From Selaginella moellendorffii (taxonomy: Eukaryota; Plantae; Lycopodiophyta): a stretch of 64,000 nt of DNA. The position numbers and the translations under genes were made by a program. The notes below the pieces were generated by a model, which saw only the letters and a list, made by a program, of their open reading frames with translations, did not search any database and was not told where the DNA came from. Of the stretch, positions 49,719 through 61,501 are shown in pieces. The DNA is taken from NCBI RefSeq assembly GCF_000143415.4, contig NW_003314267.1, forward strand, positions 641,394-705,393. Direction: 5' to 3'. Within the stretch, counting starts at the first letter, position 1. Every line of letters starts with the position of its first letter.

Positions 49719-51360
49719 TTGGTGTACTACAATACCGTCAAAGGCAAGATTAGCTTCCCAGCAATTGAATGGAGGGTATGTTCCTACTATTATGATCCTT
49801 GACAGACAGGAACTACTTCAAAGCAGATGGTACAATTGTTCGGTTAAGCTGCGTGGAACACCGTGATCGAATCCTTCGCCCTCGCGGGATTGGTAGAGCG
49901 GCGCAAGGTCGCGCTCGATAGGGATCAAGCCCGATGGATCCACGCTTTGGGACTCAATTCTTCCTGGGGATTTCGGCCTCGATCCGGGGAAAGAACACTA
50001 TAGCTGCCTTGTATTCCATGGCGGCTGGATTGGAGGGAGCGGCGGAGAATGTGGTGCCCCGGAGTGGAGCGCCATACGTGATCTTGTCGAGCGCCATCGC
50101 CGTGGAATCCTTGAAACAATAGGATATACTGCATAGGATGATTTTCATAAAAGAATAATATTTGAAAGATATCGTATATGAATAAAACGCGCCGGCGGAC
50201 GATCCAGCAGCCCCGTCCATTGCGATGATCCTGGCAATGGATCCAGCGAGGACGAAGACTATGTTGCCGGTGGCGAGCTCGGCACTCCAGGAGGAGGTAG
50301 GCAAACACAGAAAAAAATTCGATTTCTTTTCTTCCAGATCGACTTCGTCCGTGGTTTTCCAGGGAAATGATCACGCTGCTGTACGTGGTATGTTCTTCCA
50401 TTCTTTTCTCTGTCGCTGGGATCTCTTAGATATTATCGTGTGATAGTTTTGATGGTCCGTGAATGCAGGTGACTTGTTACCTATGCATATTTCATTGCTG
50501 CAAAATGCTTGCCAGTTTTGCTGCAATGTAGCGCTTTTTGTCTTCCTGGTAACTTTTCTTTTCTTACTTTCTGGATTTTCACGCACATCGAATATTCTTC
50601 TAATGTATTCTTCCTATCCTCGCCGGCATTCGATTCTCTCAGCTGCTGCCTCGCGCAGGGGCCCTGCCGCCACAGTCTCCTGGAATCTTCTCCTCCAATC
50701 CTGGGCCTTCGGGAGGAAATGATCCAATTGATCGTGCAGGGCGCTATCTGGCAAATCGATTCGTGCCATGCACCGGGACTTCATTGGGACGAGGAGCTCG
50801 ACGCCAAAGTGTGTGGAATGGTGAGGGCTGGTGACTTGCATGAAGGCCAAGCGACACCACATATTAGGCTCGCCAAAAAATCTCTCTTTTGCCTCGCGAG
50901 CTTTTGTTTTGCATGGATGATGCTCCAAAAGGCCAGGTTTCAAAGCAGATGCCAACATTCCTCCGTGACGGACCATCTTTGGAAAGATAATAAGCTGGCA
51001 TTTTGAAATTTATCTCTGCGAGCAAATGATATTCCGAAAGACCAGATTTCAATAATATCTTTGCCTCGTTCTGGCAGACCATCTTTACAAAGGTGACATG
51101 TCTCATCTCCTCGAGCGTTTACCTCGCAAAAATTCGAGCTCAAAAACTCTCCGGTGATCCAGATGATAAGGAACGTCAAGGTGGAGCTAAGACATAGCCA
51201 TCCTCGCACAAAACTTTGCAGGTTTCAGCTGAACATGTTTGGAACCGTTTGAAACGCGTTTGGTCTTGGAGCCGAACCTTCGCAAACTATTATACTTGAA
51301 TGGGTGCCAGCAGTCAGGATGGAGATTCTGGTGAGGCCGAGCGATTGTTCTTGGTGATGT
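49719..51360 (+). repeat. Mosaic of duplicated segments from 58597-59030, 62188-62665 and 62781-63490
   Basis: High-identity direct copies seen by eye. Confidence 0.85.
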
Positions 51361-52017
51361 TCTTTCCTGCAATTCAATCAATCACGCAATCATGCATAGT
51401 ACCTCAGACTGGCAAAAGAGAGTGTAGATGTTCTTGAGCACGGTGGTGGTATCGAATCAAGCGAAGTCTTTCTCAGCTTGCCTAGGTGAGCTGTGGAAGG
51501 AGCCACTGCTGCCCGTTGCCAGACTTATACATCTCCGCGAACAAAATAAACACAGCTTTCCATCCAAACGTTGGCCTGCTGTTTACCATAGGCTGGGCCG
51601 GATCAAGTCCGCATTCTCAGACATTCATCTTGTGTACACGTCACTGCCCTCAAATGCTTAGTCACTGGCTACTCAAGCCTTACCTGGAAAGACCATGATG
51701 CCTTCCATCAATACACCAGTGATCAATAATGGATAAATCATCCTGGTTGAGTCAGGACAATTGTTAATCACTGAGAGTTTTGCTAAACTGCTATCTGACC
51801 TAAAAGTTAAGAAGCATCCATTCAGAAAGTATTTTCCAATCCAAGTTGCAATCTCATCACCTTGAGTTTCCTACATCAACATATAAATCAAGGTGAAGCA
51901 TTCCCCGCAAAGATGCCAATCATGCAATGACCGGCAAAAGAAAAAAAACAAATATAACTTTGGTTAGAAAAATGCTCACGAAAAGAACAGGAGAAAGCAT
52001 GAAGTTGAATCAATTAC

Positions 52018-52489
52018 CTGAAGATAGTATCGACCATCCGTCCAAAGCGCAGCCTTCTCCAAGGTGATCACAGCAGTTCCTGCGCTTCCCGTGAATCCTG
52101 AAACGTAAGCTCGTCGCGTGAAGCACTCGGCTATAAATTCACTCTGCATACGCAGCAGTGAGCTACTTACAAAAAAGAAAAGAGGAAACAAGAAAAAAAA
52201 TTCCTAGACTCCTTTTCCTCTTTCTCAAGGAAGACGCAAGTACCTGGTGAGCGTCCTCCGAAGGCACGATGCGGACGAAGGCTCTGCCGTGATCCCGGGC
52301 CCCGGATTCCTGGGTCCCGAACACAATGCTGTGAGATTTCGTCTTCGAGACGGTGGAAATCGAAGAGGAGCGTCTGATTCCGGCGCCAATGCCCCTGCGC
52401 GCGGCAGCAGCTGCGAGAACCGACTGGCGGCCCGGGCGATTGGAAATCCAAACACAGCTCAGCAATCGCTCGCTCCCGAGCGGCACCAT
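52018..52489 (-). pseudogene. Xaa-Pro aminopeptidase (aminopeptidase P) 5' fragment, two exons
   Basis: Exons 52489-52244 and 52143-52018 give IVPSEDAHQ|[42 protein letters not shown]. No M24 catalytic domain follows. Confidence 0.8.
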
Positions 52490-52625
52490 CGCGGGAGCGA
52501 GGAGCCCTAGAGCTTGAACAAAATTTTCTTCAGCTCCATTGTTTGACCAGCTCTCAGATCTGGAGCTCGATTCCAAGGACGAGAACAATTCGATAAACAT
52601 CATGTTATCAGAGGGGACATAATGG

Positions 52626-53026
52626 GACTATTTCTCCAAATGTGACAATTGACTAGTAAATTTTGTATGGAAGCTTCACTTGTACATCATGAACATTAAT
52701 GGCTGTTAGCACAAAGACTGAGTCCTCAGATTAATACTTTAAATTTTCCATTAAAAGAAAAGAGAGAAATAAGACTTAGACTATTTCTCCAAATGTGACA
52801 ATTGACTAGTAAACGTTTTATGGAACATTAATGGCTGTTAGCACAAAGACTGAGTCCTCAGATTAATACTTTAAATTTTCCATTAAAAAAAAAGAGAGAA
52901 ATAAGACACAGACTATTTCTCCAAATGTGACAATTGACTAGTAAACGTTTTATGGAACATTAATGGCTGTTAGCACAAAGACTGAGTCCTCAGAATAATA
53001 CGAACAAAAAAGACAGAAATAAGACT
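52626..53026 (+). repeat. Three tandem copies of a ~132-153 bp unit in the divergent intergenic region
   Basis: GACTATTTCTCCAAATGTGACAATTGACTAGTAAA begins at 52626, 52779 and 52911. Confidence 0.93.
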
Positions 53027-53143
53027 TTAAAAAAACTCACAACAACCTTTCGAAAGAACCCAACTGAAGTCTGGTTTGTGCAGGATATATTCGAGAGGTT
53101 AATCTCAAACTTGTGCAGTGAGTGCTTCGTTCCTTCTCGCAGA

Positions 53144-54979
53144 ATGGAGCTTTTCCTGCAGTCCTGGAATGCTCTGTACTTTCTCGTGTTTCTACTCTCT
53201 TTGTGGCTAATCTCCCAAAAGTTCTACAAATCATCCACGATCAAGCTCCCGCCAGGAAGCCATGGCTTGCCTCTTGTCGGAGAATCTCTCTCTCTCTTTT
53301 GGGGATCCCCTCTAGACTTCCTCAGCACTCGACGCAAACGGTTCTTTCGCTTCGATCTTGCTTTAACTGTGATCATTTTACAGATTTGGAGGAGTTTTCT
53401 GGAGTAACTTGCTTGGATCTCCCACCATCGTTGCAACAACGGTAGAGTCGGCCAAGTTCTTCCTCAGCTGCGCTGACTGTGGCCCCTCGGGTTTGTTTGC
53501 CCGATTGATTGGGCCAAAATCTGCAAGCGAGGTCATCGGGAGTGAGCATGCGCTCTACCGGAGAATCATTCTGGGGATGATGGTTCCAGAGACGCTCAAG
53601 TGCCACGTCCAAATGATTGATATCTTGGCTCAGGAGACTCTCGAGTCGTGGGGNNNNNNNNNNNNNNNNNNNNNNNNNNNNNNNNNNNNNNNNNNNNNNN
53701 NNNNNNNNNNNNNNNNNNNNNNNNNNNNNNNNNNNNNNNNNNNNNNNNNNNNNNNNNNNNNNNNNNNNNNNNNNNNNNNNNNNNNNNNNNNNNNNNNNNN
53801 NNNNNNNNNNNNNNNNNNNNNNNNNNNNNNNNNNNNNNNNNNNNNNNNNNNNNNNNNNNNNNNNNNNNNNNNNNNNNNNNNNNNNNNNNNNNNNNNNNNN
53901 NNNNNNNNNNNNNNNNNNNNNNNNNNNNNNNNNNNNNNNNNNNNNNNNNNNNNNNNNNNNNNNNNNNNNNNNNNNNNNNNNNNNNNNNNNNNNNNNNNNN
54001 NNNNNNNNNNNNNNNNNNNNNNNNNNNNNAATGGTGAAACGGACAAAGACGCGCTGGATGAGTTTATTACACACAAAGATGACAAGGTTGGATTCCTCTC
54101 GAATCAACAAGTGGAAGACAATCTCATGACAATGCTGTTCGGAGGCCACCACACCACAGCTCTCGCTCTCATGTGGCTGATCAAACACTTGAATGAGAAC
54201 CCACAAGCTTTCAAGGAAGTGGAGGTTATTATTATTGTTATTATTATTATTATGATTTTTTAAAAATCTGTTTTGATTCTAGGAGGAGCAAAGGAGAATA
54301 CTTCTTGGTAAAAGAACCAAGTATAGCTTAACTTGGGAAGACACAAGACAGATGCCAGCCACTCTAAGGGTTGTGGACTAAGCTCCAATTTTATGTTAGA
54401 TTTAATTGCAGTGGTTTTGCAGGCTGTCCATGAAAGTCTGAGGCTTTCTAATGTTGTGGGGGTGGTGACACGTAAAATCACTAAGGATATTAGCTACAAA
54501 GGTTTTATTACATATGATTGAAGCTAATTCCAATTGTTTGTCTACTTTGTTGGTGTTAACAGGTTACACCTTGCCCAAAGATTGGATGATTCATGTCTAT
54601 ATGCCACCAATTCACTTAGATGACAGCATTTACCCTAATGCAGCAAAATTTAATCCATCCAGATTTGAAGTATGGTAGTTTTCATGTTTATACTTAACCA
54701 AACCTTTTATTTTAGGTTCCAGCTAAAACTGGCACATTTATTCCATTTGGCTATGGAGATAGAATATGCCCAGGAAGAGCATTAAGTCAGTTAGAGCAAA
54801 TGATTTTCATACACAGGCTTATCACAAAATACAGGTAAATTCTTTTGCTCCTCTTTTCTTGGCAACAAATTGTAATCTTTGATTGAAGATGGGAGCCTGT
54901 CAATCTAAACAGTACAACAAGCTACTGGCCAATGCCATCCGTGAAAGATGGATACCTCGTACATGCTATGTCCATTTAG
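53144..54979 (+). CDS. Cytochrome P450, CYP85 clan, multi-exon, spans an assembly gap
   Basis: N-terminal anchor, LPPGSHGLPLVGE, I-helix GGHHTT, ESLR, FNPSRF and heme motif FGYGDRICPG. GT-AG introns (first 53341-53383). Stop TAG at 54977-54979. Confidence 0.9.
53654..54029. other. Assembly gap
   Basis: Run of n. Confidence 1.
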
Positions 54980-55239
54980 TAAGAAATAACAAGTTACAAA
55001 AGAAGACCAAGTAAATTCTGCACAATAAGATGATTTCTATTCAAATTCCAAATGATCTTCACAGAAGTCAATAAGATAAATCAAACGTGTTTTGGCATGC
55101 AGGTCTCGAACCTGTGTTCTATACTTCTGTTTTGGCCCATGGAGGTTTTCAGCTTGCGGTTTTTAGCACCACGCTATGACCCACTGAACTAATAGGCCTT
55201 CGTTCTGATTACAGGTTGTTAATGTTGACGCCTTCTCTC

Positions 55240-56500
55240 TCGCAGCGTCCAGCAAATCGGCCATGCATTCGTTGTGCTCCACTCCAGGACTCGTTCCATA
55301 CCTGGAGCTCATCGACTTCAGAAGCTCACGGCCCCTCTCCACGAGCCCGGCATGGCTAGAAGCATCGTCACACTGTCCGCCAGGAGGCCCTCGTCCATCA
55401 TCCCACCAAAGAGATGGAAAACCTGTCCCGGCGTGACTATATCCTGCCAGTAGCGACATCCAAGTTACCAAGTTCCTCTCTGGAAGCGAATCGAAATACC
55501 TCGTGAGCTCTGGACACCATCCCGGACGCCAAGTACAAGTCCACGAGTTTGCTGCCGACCTGTGTCTCGCACTCTACACAAGAATCAGCGTGGAAGGTGC
55601 CGGTTTCGATCGAAACTCCGTCCCGGCAGGCTCCCAGTGCTGCGACGAACGAGGCTGAGTTCAGATGGCATCCTTCATGTCGCATTGGATCAAAGAGCTC
55701 GCAAGCCTTTTTCACCTTCACTATTTTCAACGTACCCCGCCAGGACGCCGCTCCATTCCGTCGAAGGGCGGCCTCCGTACATGTCCACCAAGTTGTTCGT
55801 GAGGAAGAGGTCGCAGCAGCCATACCTGATAGCTTCCGAGTGCACGGTCCATAGAGTTTATCTGAACTTGATTGGTGCTGGATTTCTTCTTTCGCTGCGA
55901 GGCCGGTGCAAGCTTTCGATGCAGCAAGAAAGCTCCGAGCATTTGGTCGGCAGTTTCTCGCTCTGGACAGCGCTCATGCTGGGATACGCAGAAAATGGCG
56001 AAGAAGACCTGGAACGGAAGCTGTTTACAGAGCTAAGACCGCCAAAGAACGACGTTGCATGACTCCAGTTTGTCGATCCTCTGGGCTCCCACACTTGGAG
56101 TACGCATGCTGGCCATGAACAGGCTGGTGTCAAGTCCTCTTCTCGCCGCCTAGGCATGAACAGCCATGCCTTTCTCCAAAGCAAAAGCTTTGACGAGCCT
56201 CACTTCTTTCTACTGCAAGCCTTGAGAACTGCCACAAAACTCAGATGATCCGGTTGGAGCCGAGTCGAGAGAAATCGAGAGAAAACCTTAAAGGCCACTT
56301 CTTCTTCGAGGTTCGTTGCATATCCCAGCACTAGAGCGTTCCAGGAGACCGTGTTTGGAGAGATGATCTTCTCAAAAGTTCTGCGAGCATCGGCCATGCT
56401 CCCACACTTAGTGTACATATCCACCGACGTGTTTCCGACAAAAACATCACTAGATCGATGCTCTCGAGCCACTCGGAAGAATTTTTTGGAATCCTCTTGC
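55240..56500 (-). pseudogene. PLS-class pentatricopeptide repeat (PPR) pseudogene, fragmented, with an inverted piece at ~55860-56060
   Basis: DVFVGNTSVDMYTKCGSMADARRTF..VSWNALVLGY, VTWMSLLAGYSHAG and SRYGTSPGVEHNECMADLL. Plus-strand piece reads SLWTALMLGYAENG. Confidence 0.8.
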
Positions 56501-58756
56501 GGAAGCTCGCTTACCTGATTTCGAGAGAAATCTGGCGGCTGGATCGGTCGCGTCATTCCATTCTTCGCAGGGAAAATTGCTAGAAAGCTCTGCACTGCTC
56601 GAAGAATTTTAGCGAGGGCAAGCTGCCATTGCCCGAGAGCGAGAAGAGAAAGAGCGCCCGAGCGGTATCTTCTTTATATTCCCCTTGGCTATCTTTAACT
56701 GAGAATGCATGTGTTGCTGAAAATCTATCGCTGCGGTACAAGAATTTTTCCATTTTAAGGCTCTAAACTCAAGAGAAATGTATCTCAGAGAACTCAGTAG
56801 TTTCATCGTCAAACAAAGTCGTTTGGCCCCGTGGAAGACGATGAGAATTGTAAGAAACCTCACATGATCAGTCGGTTTATCAAGGAAGACTCAAATCTGA
56901 ATGGTTTCATGGCGATCCAACACCCGAGGCCACCACACAACCTACTTTGTTCATTTGCCACCTTTCGGTTCTGCTGCTATCGGGCGCAGCAAACCTAAGG
57001 CTTGGAAGTGGGGTTTCCAACCGCTTCTATGAGTGATCAGGAGATACCGCAAGTGCATGGGCCCAGTCCGGATCAAATGAGCCTTGGCAGCCTGGTCGAG
57101 CTTGAGAAATCCGGCAAGCACAAGCAAACAAACACGAAGCAAACAAGGTGAATACCGTACCTTATGACAGTGCCTTAACACCGGCGTTCTAAGGACGGGG
57201 ATCATGTTGGAGGCGTGTAGAACGGCGTCCGAGTTTATCCGAGACAAAGAATGTATGCTGGTAAGTTTCCATTTGGTTTGTAACTCCGAGAAATCTCTCT
57301 TTCCATCGGTGGGTTGTTCGTATGAAAATGGCAAGGGCACTTCGTCCAACCGTTTTAATCGTCAAGCCAAGCATTCCACTCGGGCTCCATGCTGAATTTG
57401 TGCAAGGGAGACTCAGCCGACACTTCTGAAAAACTCTCCTTGATCGCGTGATTCTTCCTTCTTTCTAGCCTTCACCGCCATCGACGCGCAACGCCCTCGG
57501 CCCTGGAGCGAACTAGTTTCTGATGTGCCAGCATTCAGGGTGGATATTTGGGCGCGGCCGAGCGATTGTTCTTCGGAGATGGCGGATTTCCAATCCGAGG
57601 TCCCAGCACCTTTTTATGCTAGAAAATTCCAGGTTGTTTAGATCTCTCTCACCTTTCAATGCTCTTCCTTCCAGCCTAGGGTTAAAGCATGGCGAGCAGG
57701 AGGCGAGACGTTTTGGCCTCGTGGGCGATGGAACCAAGCTGCCGGTAAGGGCTATCGCTGCGTTTTGGAAGCTGGATCGCTGGATCCCGCGACTCTGTGT
57801 ATTGGCGACGATGTGCTGCTCGCGGATGCAACTGGAACCGATGCAACTGGAACCTCCATCTTCGACGTGGAATCCATCCGGCAGATGGCAGTCAGGAGTG
57901 GCCTGGGCGATGGCAGCTCCAAAGACGCAGCCATGCCCATCAATGGGACGATCATCATCGCTGAAGAAGAAGAAGAAATACAAATACCAAATTAGGCAGA
58001 GATGAGCCGCAAGCGTTACCTGGTGCTCGAGGCCGAGGCGAGCAAGTTCATCGGCTGGTTCTATCGCGTGGGTCGCCAGGACGACGAGGAGCTCGACGCC
58101 ACAAACAGGTGTGGAATGGTGACGCTGGTGAGGCCGGATGGAACTTGCGTCACGAGCTACGCTTGCATGAAAAAGAAGGCGGAGGAGGAATCCGATGGCA
58201 AGCGCTACGTTGTGTGCGTGGACGACTGCGTAGCAGAGGTGGCGGGCGGAGTGGGAGTTTTAACTCCCGCGCAGGGATGCTCCCAGAGCTTCTCGGCCTG
58301 CGCGGTGGTGGCGCCGATGCCAGGGCCGTGGGGGCCAGGATCGAGTGTGGAGCGCCAGTGATGACTCCCAGGGGTAGCTTGACGGGCGTGGTGGTGGGAT
58401 TTGGGAAGCTCAGGAATGACAAGAGGAGGTCCAAGAAACTAAAGCCGCCATACAATTTTCCCATCACCAAGGGAGACTTTGGGCCCTTCTTGGAAGGAGT
58501 GCCGGAATCCATCGCCAAAGGTAAGCAAGCTTGTTGAGGCATTTGGAGTGATTTTGTTTGTCAGGCAGATTGCATGGCCGGGGTGGAGGTGAATTGCTTG
58601 GTGTACTACAATACCGTCGAAGGCAAGATTAGCTTCCCAGCTATTGAATGGAGGGTATGTTCCTACTATTATGATCCTTGACAGTCAACTTACACACTTA
58701 GGTGCAGGACAAGAACTACTTCAAAGCAGATGGTACAATTGTTCGGTTAAGCTGCC

Positions 58757-58905
58757 TGGAACACCGTGATCGAATCCTTCGCCCTCGCGGGATTGGTAGA
58801 CGCGCTCGATAGGGATCAAGCCCGATGGATCCACGCTTTAGGACTCAATTCTTCCTGGGGATTCGGCCTCGATCCGGGGAAAGAACACTATAGCTACCTT
58901 GTATT
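58757..58905 (+). pseudogene. Small PPR gene fragment
   Basis: WNTVIESFALAG...FGLDPGKEHYSYLV resembles C-terminal PLS motifs. Confidence 0.5.
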
Positions 58906-59539
58906 CCATGGCGGCTGGATTGGAGGGAGCGGCGGAGAATGTGGTGCCCCGGAGTGGAGCGCCATACGTGATCTTGTCGAGCGCCATCGCTGTGGAATCC
59001 TTGAGACAATAGGATATACTGTATAGGATAAAACAATTGTCATTATTCTATTGTCTTGAACCTTCAAAGGTTCTAGAAGATGTTGTTTCTACGGGACGCG
59101 TTGGACAAGAGCTCATCAGCATCGACAACGAGATCGAATCGAATCACCCCTCAAATCGAAGGTGATCGAATCATTTTCTTGCCTTCATGAGCCAGTTTCT
59201 TCTTTCATTTTCTCACAAAAGTTTTCCCACCGTTTGTAGTGACTGCCGTTACCCTGTCGCTTCTTCATGCCTGAACTCTAGAGACTTGATGCATAGTGTT
59301 CGTCAACTAAAAGCATTTCAGGACACGCAGATGTAGTGTCCTGAAACGTAATTAAGGCCAGCAGTTGCAATCGTGCCCTTGCATATGGCCTTTTCTACAT
59401 TCCACGAAGAAAAAGAAACAGAGATACCACTCGTTAGCTATGAAGCACTCTCGATTGGGATGAACTGCGGGAACGTCAAGGCCTGTGCTTCGAGTATGGA
59501 GCTAAGAAACCATTAGATTTGATCGATTACAATTTCTGC

Positions 59540-61420
59540 CTAAAAATTAGAGAAGGCCTTTTGTGGCACCAGCTCAAAGTCGTCACTGTCATAGCGCGTC
59601 CGCTCTCTTCCTACCTGGAAAATAACTCGCGAGAAGGAAGCTTGTTAGCACAACACAAACGAGAAGATTTGATTCATAGCTTACTTTGCTGAGGAAGGCC
59701 TGATCACAAGACACTTGCTCGTCTACAGCCGTCAGCTTCTTCGCTAGCCTGATCACCCTGTCGCAAGGAATAGCAATGCATTCAACTTCTTACTTGCAAT
59801 GGAAAGGGAAGAGCTTACTTCTGGATTTCGGAATGAAGACGCTGGCTCATCTCCCGCGTCTTGTACTGCTCCGAGTCCTCTTGGAAGCGAACCATCCCAT
59901 CCTTTTGATTTATAGTGGCAAAAATCTCTCCGTCTTGTATCTGTAAGACAGCACCAGGTATGAACGAGTGTAAAACAATGATGACATGGGGCTCAAACCA
60001 TTTGAAGGACGTGCAGCTCGGCATCCTTGGCGCTCTCCAGCTGAACAGTCTGTGCGATGTCTTGTAAAGACAGGGTGAGGTACGTTTGAGTAAGTCTTTG
60101 TATGTTCCTCTTGTAAAGGGACGCCACCACTTGCTTCGCCAAACCCAAGTTCTTGTCCTGTGCGTAACAAGTTAAAAGAGGTCGAGAGTTTTCTCTTCTT
60201 ACATTTCTAAAGGCTTCTTCGTGACTGGTAAGGCAGCGTTGGAGATCCGTGATGTTGCGATTGTTGTACACAGTAACCAACTCTATATAGCCCTGCAAGT
60301 TGCGAGGAATGTAAAATACTGACTGTGGAAACTTCAAGCTACCTGACAGCATCCTTTCAAATTCCTCTGGACGATGGAGGGCGTGTACTTTGGGAAGGGA
60401 GGCACCTACGAGGATTTCTTGTTACTTCACAAACGTAGACGGCAAAGGCCACAGAATTACCTGACCGTTGTGAATGAGGCACACCAGTACGTACTTCTTG
60501 TATGCCTCCACTGCTATGGCATTCATCACATGAGCAGGAGCTGTGAAGGCCTGCCAAGTGAAACAAATAAAAATAAGACCGTGTCTGGCTGACAGCCAGA
60601 ATCTCTTACATGCTGCAGTAACTCCATGGCTCGCAGGAAATTCTTCAAGCCGATTTGTACCATGCCGCTGGAAGTAAGAGTAAGTTTACTGCGAGAAATG
60701 AGAAAAGGAAATCAAAGACCACGTACCCGTAGTAGCAGTAGAGCAAGTAGTCTTTGGGAACAAGCCCGGTCTTCTTGGGGTCTATCTCAAAGATCTGGTC
60801 CTCCAGGATCGGAGCAGCAGCCTTGTAGCACTTGGAGAGCAAACACACGAGCAAAAAATCCGCATGAATGGGCGTCAAGTACTCGGAGGATGGCTGGAAC
60901 TTCCTGATGGCGACTTGGAGTGGAAGAACAGCACGAATGGGCCTGTGCATGTTCATCGCGTGTTCCCTTAGCTTCCGGCACAGGGAATTGACTATATCAC
61001 CACAGCAAACACCATGAGCTAGCAAGTTCTTTGATTCTCCAAGAACAAGAGAAAACAAAGAAAGAAGGAGAACTCACATTTATCCGGGCAGTAGCGAATC
61101 TGCTCGGGCGAACAAACCGTGATAAAGTTCGTCACGGACATGAGGAAATTCTCGGCCTCCTCTCTCGAGGGCCCGGCAGACCATCTCCCATCCCTGATTA
61201 CAGAAAAGATCTCTCTTTGTCTCAAAGAAACAATCGAAACTTACAGAATGAAAAGGAAGCCGAGGGAATGCTTGGCAGGATCCAAGGCGTGGAGCGCCGG
61301 CTGCAATCGCGCGCCCTGGGATCGCATCGCGTCATCGTTCTGGCGCAGGAGGACGAGAAGCTGGCCGAGATCATCCGCGCTTCCAGACAGCCCTTGGACC
61401 TGTGTGACGAGCTGCTCCAT
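59540..61420 (-). CDS. CSN3: COP9 signalosome subunit 3 (PCI domain), multi-exon
   Basis: MEQLVTQVQGLS..LDPAKHSLG, LTPIHADFLLVCL, LLYCYYG, KRNIQRLTQTYLTLSLQDIA, DGEIFATINQKDGMVRF. C-terminus GRERTRYDSDDFELVPQKAFSNF*. Short GT-AG introns. Confidence 0.95.
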
Positions 61421-61424
61421 CGAT

Positions 61425-61433
61425 AAACCCTAA
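61425..61433 (+). promoter_or_regulatory. Telo-box AAACCCTAA between the divergent start codons
   Basis: Exact motif match. Confidence 0.55.
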
Positions 61434-61501
61434 AATATTTTTTTCCGCCACTCCTCGGAATCGAGCTCTAGATCTGCGTGAAGAAAGCCCTAGTAAAAAA
61501 A

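Noticed and set aside
53373-54206. ORFs running through N gaps (also 28265-28649)
   Set aside because: Their length is inflated by assembly gaps.
56609-57400. Short minus-strand ORFs between the PPR relic and the 57.5 kb repeats
   Set aside because: No recognisable motif or consistent exon structure, so no gene call can be supported.
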